Part shown: positions 36,827 to 45,580 of the stretch, one piece after another
How positions within the stretch are numbered: position 1 is the stretch's first letter
Layout of the letters: every line of letters begins with the position of its first letter
Assembly: GCA_964492935.1 (NCBI GenBank)
Contig: CAZBLF010000003.1
Coordinates: 1-62,993 of the forward strand
DNA length: 62,993 bases
Source of the DNA: an uncultured Methanosarcinales archaeon
GTDB lineage: Archaea; Nanobdellota; Nanobdellia; Woesearchaeales; JACPBV01
Direction: 5' to 3'
Notes under the pieces: generated by a model
The model's database searches: none
Seen by the model: only the letters and a program-made list of their open reading frames with translations
What the model was told of the DNA's origin: nothing
Program-made: the position numbers and the translations under genes

Positions 36827-36961
36827 GGTATGTGGATAGCGTCTTCGAAATTCTTGCTTCTGACCTTGAAGGTGCTGCGTCCCCGTAGGGGGCAACCCCC
36901 CACGACGCACTTGCTTCTGCGGTATCAAGGAATTTCGACTTTAGGACGCTACGCACATACC
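36827..36961. repeat. Family-A structured repeat (A4)
   Basis: 135 nt. Terminal inverted repeat GGTATGTGGATAGCGTC / GACGCTACGCACATACC. Interior pairs TTCGAAATT...AATTTCGA and GAAGGTGCTGCG...CGACGCACTT. Centre CCCCGTAGGGGGCAACCCCCC. It is about 80% alignable with the reverse complement of A2. No target duplication was seen. Confidence 0.8.
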
Positions 36962-37004
36962 TATTATGCAAAGCCTTAAATAATATTCTTCCTGGAATCA
37001 GTCT

Positions 37005-37877
37005 ATGATTATTATTGGATGCAGTAAGGGCGTGCATGTTGCTGCGAACATTGCTAAGTTTGCTAAGAAGAAGTATTCTGAATTGCAGGTAAACAAGTTT
37101 CCTGATGGCGAAACTGATTTACGTTTTAAGTGCGACGTTCGAAAGAAGGTTGTTGTGTTGGTACAGAGTTTTTATGGCGATATTAATGATGCGTTGATGG
37201 AGGTTTTTTTGGCTGCGCATACGGCGAAGGATTTGGGAGCTAAACGTGTTGTGTTGATGGCGCCGTACTTTCCGTATTTTAGACAGGATACGCGCTTTCA
37301 TCCAGGTGAATGTGTGAGTTTGCCGATACTGGGAAAGTTTGTGGATGCTTGTTTATCGGAAATATATGTGATGGATCCGCACCTGCATCGTGAAAAGAAT
37401 TTGAAGCACGTGTTTCGGATTCGTGGACATAAATTGACTGCTAATGGGTTGGTTCGAGATTATATTAAGAAGCATATCAAGAACCCGATTATTATTGGGC
37501 CGGACTGGGAGAGTTATAAGTGGGCTCGCGCAACGGCGGAGATGATTGGGTGTGAATCTGCTATTTTGAAGAAGACTCGCTATAGTAGCAGGCATGTTGA
37601 GGTTGCTTTGGATCATGATGTGGATTTAAGTAAACACAATGTGGTGATTGTGGATGACATTATTAGTACAGGTCATACGTTGTTGGAAACGATTAAATTG
37701 TTGCGCAAGGATTTAGGTGCTAAAAAGATTACGTGCATTGGCATTCATGGTGTTTTTGCTGAGCATGCACTTTCGAAATTGAAAAAGGCGAAGGTTTCGG
37801 TTGTTACTACCAATACGATTCCGAATGCTGCTGCGATGATTGATGTTGCGAGGGAGTTTGCTGAGAGGATTAGATGA
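37005..37877 (+). CDS. prs: Ribose-phosphate pyrophosphokinase
   Basis: 290 aa. FPDGE and VVIVDDIISTGHTL (PRPP loop). Confidence 0.85.
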   Translation: MIIIGCSKGVHVAANIAKFAKKKYSELQVNKFPDGETDLRFKCDVRKKVVVLVQSFYGDINDALMEVFLAAHTAKDLGAKRVVLMAPYFPYFRQDTRFHPGECVSLPILGKFVDACLSEIYVMDPHLHREKNLKHVFRIRGHKLTANGLVRDYIKKHIKNPIIIGPDWESYKWARATAEMIGCESAILKKTRYSSRHVEVALDHDVDLSKHNVVIVDDIISTGHTLLETIKLLRKDLGAKKITCIGIHGVFAEHALSKLKKAKVSVVTTNTIPNAAAMIDVAREFAERIR

Positions 37878-39289
37878 GGCGTTTAGGTTTTTTGATTACT
37901 GGAATATTTCTTTTTTCCTTGCTCACCGTAATAGTATGGGGAGATGATGATTTTTCTCTTGATTTCCCTACCTCACTCACCTGCCATAATGGAAAGATTG
38001 CTACACCGGTTTCTGGTCTTGGAGGTGGGGCGTTTGGTTGGGAGTGTGAACAACCTAAATGTATGTCGGTACAGGAGATTTACAACATCTTAGCCAGATT
38101 TTTTCGAGGTGGTTTAACTGGTTCTTCAGCAAGAAGAGGGTGTTATCTTATAGGCGATTCAAATTTTTTAGAGGCTGGTAGAGAATATGCTGGAAATTTG
38201 TGGGGAAATCTAGCTAACAACATTGATTTCTCAGTTGAACGTGTTGGCGATGAACGATTCCTCATTATTGGATTCCGTCCTATTAACTATTTTAGGAATC
38301 TCAGGGGTTTGCATGACCCTCCGGGAGACCCTAACCAGAATAATTCTTGGTTTTTGGAGATAGAACATTTTCAAGATATTCCTTCGAACTTTTCATTAGC
38401 TAGAAATGGTTCCTTTTATGATGAGGCCATAGATCACTACCTTCAGCTTTGTTTAGATAACGTGCACGCTACCTATAATGGTACTAACCCTACTCTTACT
38501 TTTATGACTAGTGGGGAGCCAGATACTGAAGAATTCGAAATGTATTTTAGTTGCGAGGCTTTAGAGAATATTGGTTTGGGGAAGAATGATCCTGTTACTG
38601 CAGATCACCTTCTTATTGCAGGAACTGCTTTTCTTTTGGGAGAAACTGATTCAAGTCTTTTTTTCTCTCTTCTCGATGAAGTTACTGTATCAAATAGGTT
38701 GTTGGATGATGGTTCTTTGCTTGATTCGTTGAGTTTTGACTCTGTATCTGGTGACGGAGTTATTGCGTTGCCTGGAAAGGTAGGCGATGCTGCTTTTTTT
38801 GATGGGGTTGGCAGTTTAACTATTCCTCATGATTTTATCTATCACTTTCCGCAGCAGGAGGTTACGTTTATGGCGTGGGTTAAGGTTGACGAAGGATTTA
38901 CGGGGCCTGCACAGATTGTTGGAAAGCGAGGGTTTGATCAGAGCAAGGGATATGTACGTATTATTCTTACAGATGAGGGCAAATTTGCGTTTGAGGTGAA
39001 GAATCTGCAGTATCCTACTACTTATTCTTACAATGATGGTGAGTGGTATCACTTGGCGTATGTGTTGAATGGTCATGATAGCAGGGCGAGAATTTATTTG
39101 AATGGAGAGGGATTCACTATTCCTATGCACTGGCCGTTTGATGTGGAAAATGATGCAGATATTATGATTGGTAATTCTTTGATTGAACCTGGATTCCAGG
39201 GGGGTATTGATGAGGTTAAGATCTTTCATCGGATGTTGACGGATGAAGAGGTGCTGGGAGTGTACAATGCTGAGAATAGTAAAAGTTAA
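37874..39289 (+). CDS. Secreted protein with C-terminal LamG/concanavalin-A-like lectin domain
   Basis: 471 aa with an N-terminal TM/signal. LamG_3-like pattern: FFDGVGSLTIP..VTFMAWVK..EWYHLAYVLNG..RIYLNGEG..GGIDEVKIFHRMLTDEEV. 4-nt overlap with prs. Confidence 0.7.
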   Translation: MRRLGFLITGIFLFSLLTVIVWGDDDFSLDFPTSLTCHNGKIATPVSGLGGGAFGWECEQPKCMSVQEIYNILARFFRGGLTGSSARRGCYLIGDSNFLEAGREYAGNLWGNLANNIDFSVERVGDERFLIIGFRPINYFRNLRGLHDPPGDPNQNNSWFLEIEHFQDIPSNFSLARNGSFYDEAIDHYLQLCLDNVHATYNGTNPTLTFMTSGEPDTEEFEMYFSCEALENIGLGKNDPVTADHLLIAGTAFLLGETDSSLFFSLLDEVTVSNRLLDDGSLLDSLSFDSVSGDGVIALPGKVGDAAFFDGVGSLTIPHDFIYHFPQQEVTFMAWVKVDEGFTGPAQIVGKRGFDQSKGYVRIILTDEGKFAFEVKNLQYPTTYSYNDGEWYHLAYVLNGHDSRARIYLNGEGFTIPMHWPFDVENDADIMIGNSLIEPGFQGGIDEVKIFHRMLTDEEVLGVYNAENSKS

Positions 39290-39402
39290 CTGTTTTACGT
39301 ATTGTTAGCCTTTTACAATCTAGAGGGCGAATCTACACCTCTTATTCATGTCGCCCTCCAGAAATAGAGAATCTTTTTATATCGGTGATTGGTACTTAGG
39401 TT

Positions 39403-39741
39403 ATGATTGAACTTATCTTGGTTGCATTGGCTGCGTTCTTGATTGTTGCACTCTTTGTTACGGCGGTTAAAAAAACGTTTAAGATTGCTATTTTTATTGT
39501 GTTGTTTTTTGCTGTGTTTTCTTTTATTGGTGCAAAGTTTCTGCCGGAATCTGACTTCTTAGATAGGGGAAAAGGTTATATAGTAGGAAAGGCAGGAGAG
39601 GTAGTAGATGATGCTAAGGAAAGCGTCGCTGAAAAAGTGCAGGAAGAGATTGATGACGCGAAGGAAGCGTTGAAAGATCAGATTAACGATACGCTGGCTG
39701 AAGTTCGAGAGGCTGCCGATATCAAGATGGAATTTGAGTAA
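39403..39741 (+). CDS. Small membrane protein with acidic C-terminal helix
   Basis: 112 aa. Two TM helices, then an E/D/K-rich tail. Confidence 0.5.
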   Translation: MIELILVALAAFLIVALFVTAVKKTFKIAIFIVLFFAVFSFIGAKFLPESDFLDRGKGYIVGKAGEVVDDAKESVAEKVQEEIDDAKEALKDQINDTLAEVREAADIKMEFE

Positions 39742-39760
39742 GTTAGTGCAAAAAAAGAGG

Positions 39761-39854
39761 CAGCGGAAATCAGAGAGCTTCGAAATTTGTTTCGAACCCC
39801 TCAAACAGAGTTTGAGATTTCCTGGTCTCCTTGTTGCATATCAATAGGAAAAAA
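39761..39854. repeat. Family-B element (B1) flanked by a 19-bp direct duplication
   Basis: CAGCGGAAATCAGAGAGCTTCGAAATTTGTTTCGAACCCCTCAAACAGAGTTTGAGATTTCCTGG... is about 90% identical over 66 nt to B2 and B3. Flanks: GTTAGTGCAAAAAAAGAGG (39742-60) and GTTTAGTGCAAAAAAGAGG (39855-73). Confidence 0.8.
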
Positions 39855-39879
39855 GTTTAGTGCAAAAAAGAGGTGAATC

Positions 39880-40422
39880 ATGGGAGTGCTTGATAAGTTA
39901 GCTTTCTGGAAAAAGAAGGATGACTTTAATTTTGATCAGGGTGCAGATCCGTTTGGAGGAAGTCCTGGTGCAGATCCTTTAGGTGGAGATTCGTTAGCTG
40001 GAGGACAGGATCCATTAGCAGGTGGAAAAGATCCATTAGCTGGAGGACAGGATCCTTTCGCGAGTCCCGATTCTTTGGGAGGCGCTCCTGATGCAGTAGC
40101 AGGCAGTCAAGATCCATTAGCAAATCCGTTGCCGGGAGGAGATCCGTTGGCAAAAGCTGCCGATCCGTTTGCTGGTTCAGGAAATCCGGCCGATCCGTTT
40201 GCAAGGGATGCGAGTCCGCCTGGAGCGCCTTCATCGATGCAGCAACCGTTTACGGCGGCTCCACAACAGGAGACTCATCATGCCGAACTCTATGGAAAGG
40301 ATTTAGAGGTGGTTTCGGCAAAATTAGATTCGATTAGATATACGCTGGAGAGTATCAATCAGCGATTACAAAGTTTAGAGCGAATAGCACATGGCGAACA
40401 CCCTATTAACAAGGATTGGTAA
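39880..40422 (+). CDS. Low-complexity protein with DP[LF]AGG repeats and a C-terminal coiled coil
   Basis: 180 aa. About 10 degenerate G-x-DP-[LF]-[AG]-G repeats, then LEVVSAKLDSIRYTLESINQRLQSLERI. Confidence 0.5.
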   Translation: MGVLDKLAFWKKKDDFNFDQGADPFGGSPGADPLGGDSLAGGQDPLAGGKDPLAGGQDPFASPDSLGGAPDAVAGSQDPLANPLPGGDPLAKAADPFAGSGNPADPFARDASPPGAPSSMQQPFTAAPQQETHHAELYGKDLEVVSAKLDSIRYTLESINQRLQSLERIAHGEHPINKDW

Positions 40423-40867
40423 ATTTTGTCAGTCGGGCAGACATTTCTTTCTTATTGCGTTAATTGTTCTTTTTGTTGATCGTCTTACTAAGGTGTTGGT
40501 TGAGCGATTCATGTTTGTTTCGCAGACTATTCCTTTGATTCCGGGTGCAGTACATCTAACCTCGATTCAAAATACGGGAGCAGGGTTTGGATTGTTGCGC
40601 GGGCAGCAGAGCCTGTTGATTTTGATTAGTTTAGTGGTAGTAGGAGTTATCTTGTATCACTTGCCGGTTATCATGAAGGAGCGGAAAACGGTTCTTCCGT
40701 ATGCGTTGTTGTGGGGCGGGGCTTTAGGAAACTTGATTGATCGGGTGTATTTTGGATATGTTGTTGATTTCTTGGATTTTCGGGTTTGGCCGGTGTTTAA
40801 TATCGCGGACAGTGCTATTACAATCGGGGCAGTTTGGTTAATAATTCTCTATTGGAATGAGAAGTAA
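40391..40867 (+). CDS. lspA: Lipoprotein signal peptidase (signal peptidase II)
   Basis: 158 aa with 4 TM. IQNTGAGFGLL, GGALGNLIDRVYFGYVVDFLDF and VFNIADSAI match the LspA catalytic Asp boxes. 32-nt overlap with the upstream gene. Confidence 0.8.
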   Translation: MANTLLTRIGKFCQSGRHFFLIALIVLFVDRLTKVLVERFMFVSQTIPLIPGAVHLTSIQNTGAGFGLLRGQQSLLILISLVVVGVILYHLPVIMKERKTVLPYALLWGGALGNLIDRVYFGYVVDFLDFRVWPVFNIADSAITIGAVWLIILYWNEK

Positions 40868-40996
40868 TGGAAGACATAAGTAATGCATATGATTGTTATG
40901 CCTTCCAAACAGTAGTTGCTGATATTTTTTATGTAAAACTAATGTAAGCAACTAAAGTAGCGAAACGTTTTAATAGGGAGTAATTAAGAAGAGACT

Positions 40997-41125
40997 ATGA
41001 TTGGAAAAGAACGTCATCGGTACGAAGGAATACTGCACAAACCGCGCCTGGATTATATGTTGATGGTTACTTTTGTAGTGTTGATGCTATGGTTTATTGT
41101 TATTGCTACGTTGTTATTAGAATAA
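40997..41125 (+). CDS. Possible 42-aa membrane peptide (not in track)
   Basis: MIGKERHRYEGILHKPRLDYMLMVTFVVLMLWFIVIATLLLE. A TTTTAATA box lies 22-29 nt upstream. There is no other support. Confidence 0.3.
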   Translation: MIGKERHRYEGILHKPRLDYMLMVTFVVLMLWFIVIATLLLE

Positions 41126-41641
41126 TTACTTTAAACAAGAATGAGGTTTGTAGTCTTTCTTTGCTTCTTCTTCTGAGCCGAACCAGACCTGGCGTTCTTC
41201 TTTGATTTTCTTTGCCCAGATGCAGGTGGGTTTATGGAATGTTGTTCCGGAGGAACTTGCTACATACTTGCCAGGGTCGAAGGTGGTTGATACTTCGGCA
41301 ACTTCTTCATTAGTGGTTTCTTCTTTCATTGGTGGGGCTACTTTTAGCTTTGCCATCCCTATGAAGAATCCTAGGGCTGCGAAAAACGCGGTGATGAGCA
41401 TGGTTTTGTTTACCATCCCTGTTTTTCGGTGGATGAGCATCAAGCTGAAGAGTGCTCCAAAGTAGACTGCGCCTAGAAATCCCCAACCTGCATTTTTGTC
41501 GTTGTAGACTGGGATAAGTGCAATTAGTCCCACCACGATTAGTGCACACAGGAAGAGTAGACCGAGAATGAATTTTATTCCGGTGAGTTGGAAGATGGTG
41601 AGCGTGGTACCGAGAAGGACAATTAATAGAATGATCTCCAT
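41126..41641 (-). CDS. Membrane protein with C-terminal Ada-like putative zinc-binding module
   Basis: Start is taken at Met 49 of the track ORF (MEIILLIV...), because the longer form overlaps the divergent gene. 4 TM, then TFHKPTCIWAKKIKEERQVWFGSEEEAKKDYKPHSC. Confidence 0.55.
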   Translation of the reverse strand: MEIILLIVLLGTTLTIFQLTGIKFILGLLFLCALIVVGLIALIPVYNDKNAGWGFLGAVYFGALFSLMLIHRKTGMVNKTMLITAFFAALGFFIGMAKLKVAPPMKEETTNEEVAEVSTTFDPGKYVASSSGTTFHKPTCIWAKKIKEERQVWFGSEEEAKKDYKPHSCLK

Positions 41642-41772
41642 AAGAAAAAAGCTGATTTTGAGTTTTCCGATAGGTTTTATGAGTTGGCGAAATATATAAG
41701 TATTTCTATGCTCGAGTAGTGATATTCTAGTTATAGCCAAAGGTTTATAATCAGTTTGGGATTGTCGAGTGT

Positions 41773-42684
41773 ATGGCGACGGCAATTGGCGGACAGGCAG
41801 TTATCGAGGGAGTGATGATACGTGGCAAAAAGGTTGCTTATACTGCAGTACGTAAAGGTAAGCAGATTGTGTATCGTAAAGATCTTGTTAAAAAGCGTCC
41901 GAAATGGTTTACCTGGTTCTTTATTCGCGGCATTGTTAATTTAGTTGATATGTTGGTATTAGGTATTAAAACGTTGAATTGGAGTGCTGCTCAATCGGAG
42001 GATGAGGAAGATCAGCTTTCGGAAGGCGCGGTTATCGGAACGTTATTCATCTCTTTTGCATTTTCCATTGGTTTATTTTTGTTGTTGCCGTATGCGTTGA
42101 CGTATCTTCTTGGATTGCGCGAGCAGAGTGCTCCGGTGTTGTTTAATATTGTTGATGGGATTATCAAGATTGGTATCTTTGTGTTGTATGTGTATTTGAT
42201 ATCGCGGATGGAGGATATTAAGACTTTATTTCGTTATCATGGGGCTGAGCATAAGGCGATTCACTGTTATGAGGCTAAGAAGGTGTTAGTAGCGAAGGAG
42301 GCTCAGCAGTTTTCTCGATTGCATCCTCGGTGCGGTACCAGTTTTATGTTATTCGTGATGGTGGTTGCTATCTTTTTGTTTTCCTTTATTCCTTCTTTAG
42401 TTCAATCATTGTTTCCAGGCATTATCTTCTTGCACTGGTTCTGGCAGCGTTTAGTGTTGTTTGGATTTAGGATTTTGTTGTTGCCGGTTGTTGCAGGGTT
42501 TTCGTATGAGTTATTGAGATATAGTGCGTATCATCAGGATAATGTTCTTTTTAGAATGTTGGCTCGACCTGGGATGTGGATTCAGAAGATTACAACTGCG
42601 GAACCTACTTTGAAACAGTTAACGGTTTCTCTTGCTGCAGTTAAGAAAGTGCTTGATGCTGAAAAGATTCGCTATAGTGTTTGA
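41773..42684 (+). CDS. DUF1385-family membrane protein
   Basis: 303 aa. GGQAVIEGVMIRG and YHGAEHKAIHCYE are hallmark motifs. Confidence 0.75.
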   Translation: MATAIGGQAVIEGVMIRGKKVAYTAVRKGKQIVYRKDLVKKRPKWFTWFFIRGIVNLVDMLVLGIKTLNWSAAQSEDEEDQLSEGAVIGTLFISFAFSIGLFLLLPYALTYLLGLREQSAPVLFNIVDGIIKIGIFVLYVYLISRMEDIKTLFRYHGAEHKAIHCYEAKKVLVAKEAQQFSRLHPRCGTSFMLFVMVVAIFLFSFIPSLVQSLFPGIIFLHWFWQRLVLFGFRILLLPVVAGFSYELLRYSAYHQDNVLFRMLARPGMWIQKITTAEPTLKQLTVSLAAVKKVLDAEKIRYSV

Positions 42685-42728
42685 TTTATCGTGTATTTTA
42701 AGAAGAGATTTCTAGATTTGTCTTTTTT

Positions 42729-43904
42729 ATGGCTGATGTAGCGAGTAACATCTGGAAATTGAAATTGTACCGGTTTTTCGCTAGTTTGATGATTATCGGC
42801 GGATTTTGGGTTCCGTATTACACTCAGGTGGGTAACGTTACTCTTTTCCAGGTTATGTTGCTGGAGTCTATTTTTGTTATTGCACTTTTCCTCTTTGAAA
42901 TCCCTACGGGTGCGATCGCGGACAGGTACGGGAGGAAGTTATCTTTGATCTTATCGAGTTTTTTCGTCTGTATGGCTGTATTTTTGTATTCCCTGTATCC
43001 CATGTTCTGGGTTTTTTTCTTGGGGAGTATGATCTGGGGTCTTGCGATTGCATTGTACTCCGGAGCTGCCGAGGCATTGTTGTATGATACATTGAAGCAG
43101 CTGAAGAGAGAGTCTACTTTCAAGATGATGTTCGGAAGATTTTCGAGCTATGAGCATGTTGCTTATTTGGTGGCTGGTCCGATTGGAGGGTATCTTGCTA
43201 GTAGTTATGGATTACGCGTTCCGATGTGGGCGACGGTTGTGCCAGTAGTTATTGCATTTGGAATTTGTTTTAGTTTGACTGAGCCGCGCGTGCATAAAAA
43301 GGTGGAGCGCTCCTATTTTTCTACGATGTTAGATGGCATCAAGTATTTTCGGAAGCACAAGGTCCTACAGGTTCTTGCATTTGATAGAATTTCTATTAAT
43401 TTATTTACCTGGATTGTTTTTTGGATGTATCAGCCGTTGCTTACTGAAAGGGGAGTTTCTTTGTTTTACTTCGGAATTTTTTATTCAGCAATCTTTGGAG
43501 TTCCCATTTTATTTTACAGGAACCTTGAACGACTTGAACGACTTTTTGGTTCTAAGAAGAAATTTCTTTTCTTCAGTGCGTTGATTTCCTCACTTTCGTT
43601 GATACTTTTAGGTACTTTTGATTCTCTTGTTTTGATGAGTATTCTCTTGATTATGTATTTCAGCCTCAATGGTTCGCGGTTCCTCTTACTTATCAATTAT
43701 ATGAATAAATATATCCCTTCCAAGATTAGGGCTACCGTCATGTCTACCATGTCGATGATTGAGTCATTCTTGTATGCATTCGTGTTTTTGTTAACTGGCG
43801 TATTGATTGAGTGGAATTTATTGATGACGTTTGTCTTATTTGGATCCTTCACCTTAATCGCTACCTTTTTCTCCGGGGTTAAGGAAGAGCACTTACTTGA
43901 TTGA
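42729..43904 (+). CDS. MFS transporter
   Basis: 391 aa with about 12 TM. GAIADRYGRKLSL is the loop 2-3 signature. Confidence 0.8.
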   Translation: MADVASNIWKLKLYRFFASLMIIGGFWVPYYTQVGNVTLFQVMLLESIFVIALFLFEIPTGAIADRYGRKLSLILSSFFVCMAVFLYSLYPMFWVFFLGSMIWGLAIALYSGAAEALLYDTLKQLKRESTFKMMFGRFSSYEHVAYLVAGPIGGYLASSYGLRVPMWATVVPVVIAFGICFSLTEPRVHKKVERSYFSTMLDGIKYFRKHKVLQVLAFDRISINLFTWIVFWMYQPLLTERGVSLFYFGIFYSAIFGVPILFYRNLERLERLFGSKKKFLFFSALISSLSLILLGTFDSLVLMSILLIMYFSLNGSRFLLLINYMNKYIPSKIRATVMSTMSMIESFLYAFVFLLTGVLIEWNLLMTFVLFGSFTLIATFFSGVKEEHLLD

Positions 43905-43938
43905 GAAGGTTTAAATAGTATTTTTTTCTAATTGTGTT

Positions 43939-44373
43939 ATGGCAGATAGAAGTAATGTGTACGCTCTGATTGGAGTTATCGTTATTATTGGGGTGTTGAC
44001 GTTTGTGTTTACTCGCGATCTTAGCACGTCGGGACAGGCGGTTGCTTCTGATGTGGAGGTTACTGTTGGAAACTTTAATTCGGTTTTTTTGAAGACGAGT
44101 CTTGGTGAAAGTTTGCCCGCGACTACTGCAATAAAGATGACGGTGTATTTGCGGGATGAGCAGGATAAAAAAGAATTCTTTATTGAACAGGGCGGCGTGA
44201 GTGAGTATTCGGGTGAGGAATATGAACTTGGCTTGGAGATTTGGAGAGGGACGTTTTCTTCGCTGTATAGATCGAATGATTTGTGCGCGTTTAAAGAAAA
44301 TATTTTTCGGATAGAGCAGAAGGGTGCGTTTAAATTGATTAAATATGTGGCTGTTCGGAATTTGTGTGGTTAG
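43939..44373 (+). CDS. Hypothetical protein with N-terminal TM anchor
   Basis: 144-aa ORF. Single TM (VYALIGVIVIIGVLTFVF). Confidence 0.45.
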   Translation: MADRSNVYALIGVIVIIGVLTFVFTRDLSTSGQAVASDVEVTVGNFNSVFLKTSLGESLPATTAIKMTVYLRDEQDKKEFFIEQGGVSEYSGEEYELGLEIWRGTFSSLYRSNDLCAFKENIFRIEQKGAFKLIKYVAVRNLCG

Positions 44374-44403
44374 TTTTTTATAGGGAGTTCACTTTTTGGA
44401 GTT

Positions 44404-44982
44404 ATGGATATCTACGAGCCGCGAGAGGATTCTTTTTTACTTCAGAAGTTTGTTAAGAAATTGGCTAAGGGTACCGTATTAGATATGGGCACTGGTTCTG
44501 GGATTCAGGCAGCTACTGCGGCTGCATCTAAGAAAGTGGTGAAGGTGTATGGGTTGGATATTAATGAGGATGCGATTGTGCATTGTGTTCGGACGCACAG
44601 AAGTAAGAAGCTGAAGTTTGTGCAGAGTGATTTATTCTCTGTTTTTAGAAGATACAAGGTCTATGATCGGATTCAATTTGATATGATTACATTTAATGCT
44701 CCTTATTTGCCTACCGATAGCTCGTATCCGGACGTTGCGTTGGATGGTGGTAAATTAGGACATGAATTGGTCTGCAAGTTTTTAAAGGGTGTTGGAGCGT
44801 ATCTGAAGCCGCGCGGAACGATTTTGTTATTGTTTTCTTCTCTTACTGGTCGCGAGAGGGTGGATGCGTGTTTATTCAAGTACGGTTGGCGATTTAAGGA
44901 GATTGGTACTGAGCATGTTGGTTTTGAGGATCTGATTGTGTATTCGATAACGAGTACAGGGGAACGTCATGGTTCGGCTTAG
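44404..44982 (+). CDS. HemK/Mtq2-like SAM-dependent (glutamine-N5) methyltransferase
   Basis: 192 aa. Motif I VLDMGTGSGIQA and an NPPY-like ITFNAPYLP. Confidence 0.7.
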   Translation: MDIYEPREDSFLLQKFVKKLAKGTVLDMGTGSGIQAATAAASKKVVKVYGLDINEDAIVHCVRTHRSKKLKFVQSDLFSVFRRYKVYDRIQFDMITFNAPYLPTDSSYPDVALDGGKLGHELVCKFLKGVGAYLKPRGTILLLFSSLTGRERVDACLFKYGWRFKEIGTEHVGFEDLIVYSITSTGERHGSA

Positions 44983-45580
44983 TGATGTTAAACACTTGGA
45001 GCAATTTGATCACGGTAAGCGTGGGTTGTTGTTTGTTGGTTCGTATGGTAAGCGAAAAGTAGTTGTTAAGAAGGAACGTGCAGATAGTCCGGCTGCAGGG
45101 AGTATTGCGAATGAGATTCGTTTCTTGAAGGTGTTGAATAGTAAAAGGGTTGGGCCGCAGGTGTTATTTTCTTCTCAGAAATATTTTGGGTATTATTATG
45201 TTCCTGGAAAATTCTTTCCTGATTTTCTGGAGAGGTGCAAGAGTAAGTCTAAGATTTTGTTGGTGATTGGTCGTGTGTTTCGTCAGTGTTATGTCATGGA
45301 TAGTCTTGGAATTAAGAAAGAGGAGATGCATCATCCCCACAAGCATATTTTGGTTGATCGTTATCGCGTTGTGATGTTGGACTTTGAACGGTGTAGATAT
45401 ACGGACGATCCTTCGAACGTTACGCAGTTTTCCTCGTACTTGCTTTCTTCTTTTATTAGTGAGTTGTTGAAGGAGAAGAAGATTAGGTTTTCTCGTAATG
45501 TAGTGATTGATGCTGCTAAAGCGTATAAGAGGGATTTTAGTAGAAAGGGTTTTGAGCAATTGGTTGGATGTTTTAGGTGA
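44969..45580 (+). CDS. Small atypical protein kinase (Bud32/RIO-like)
   Basis: 203 aa. GKRGLLF, VVVKKER, HHPHKHILV and VMLDFERC resemble the G-loop, VAIK, catalytic-loop and DFG motifs. Overlaps the methyltransferase by 14 nt. Confidence 0.45.
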   Translation: MVRLSDVKHLEQFDHGKRGLLFVGSYGKRKVVVKKERADSPAAGSIANEIRFLKVLNSKRVGPQVLFSSQKYFGYYYVPGKFFPDFLERCKSKSKILLVIGRVFRQCYVMDSLGIKKEEMHHPHKHILVDRYRVVMLDFERCRYTDDPSNVTQFSSYLLSSFISELLKEKKIRFSRNVVIDAAKAYKRDFSRKGFEQLVGCFR

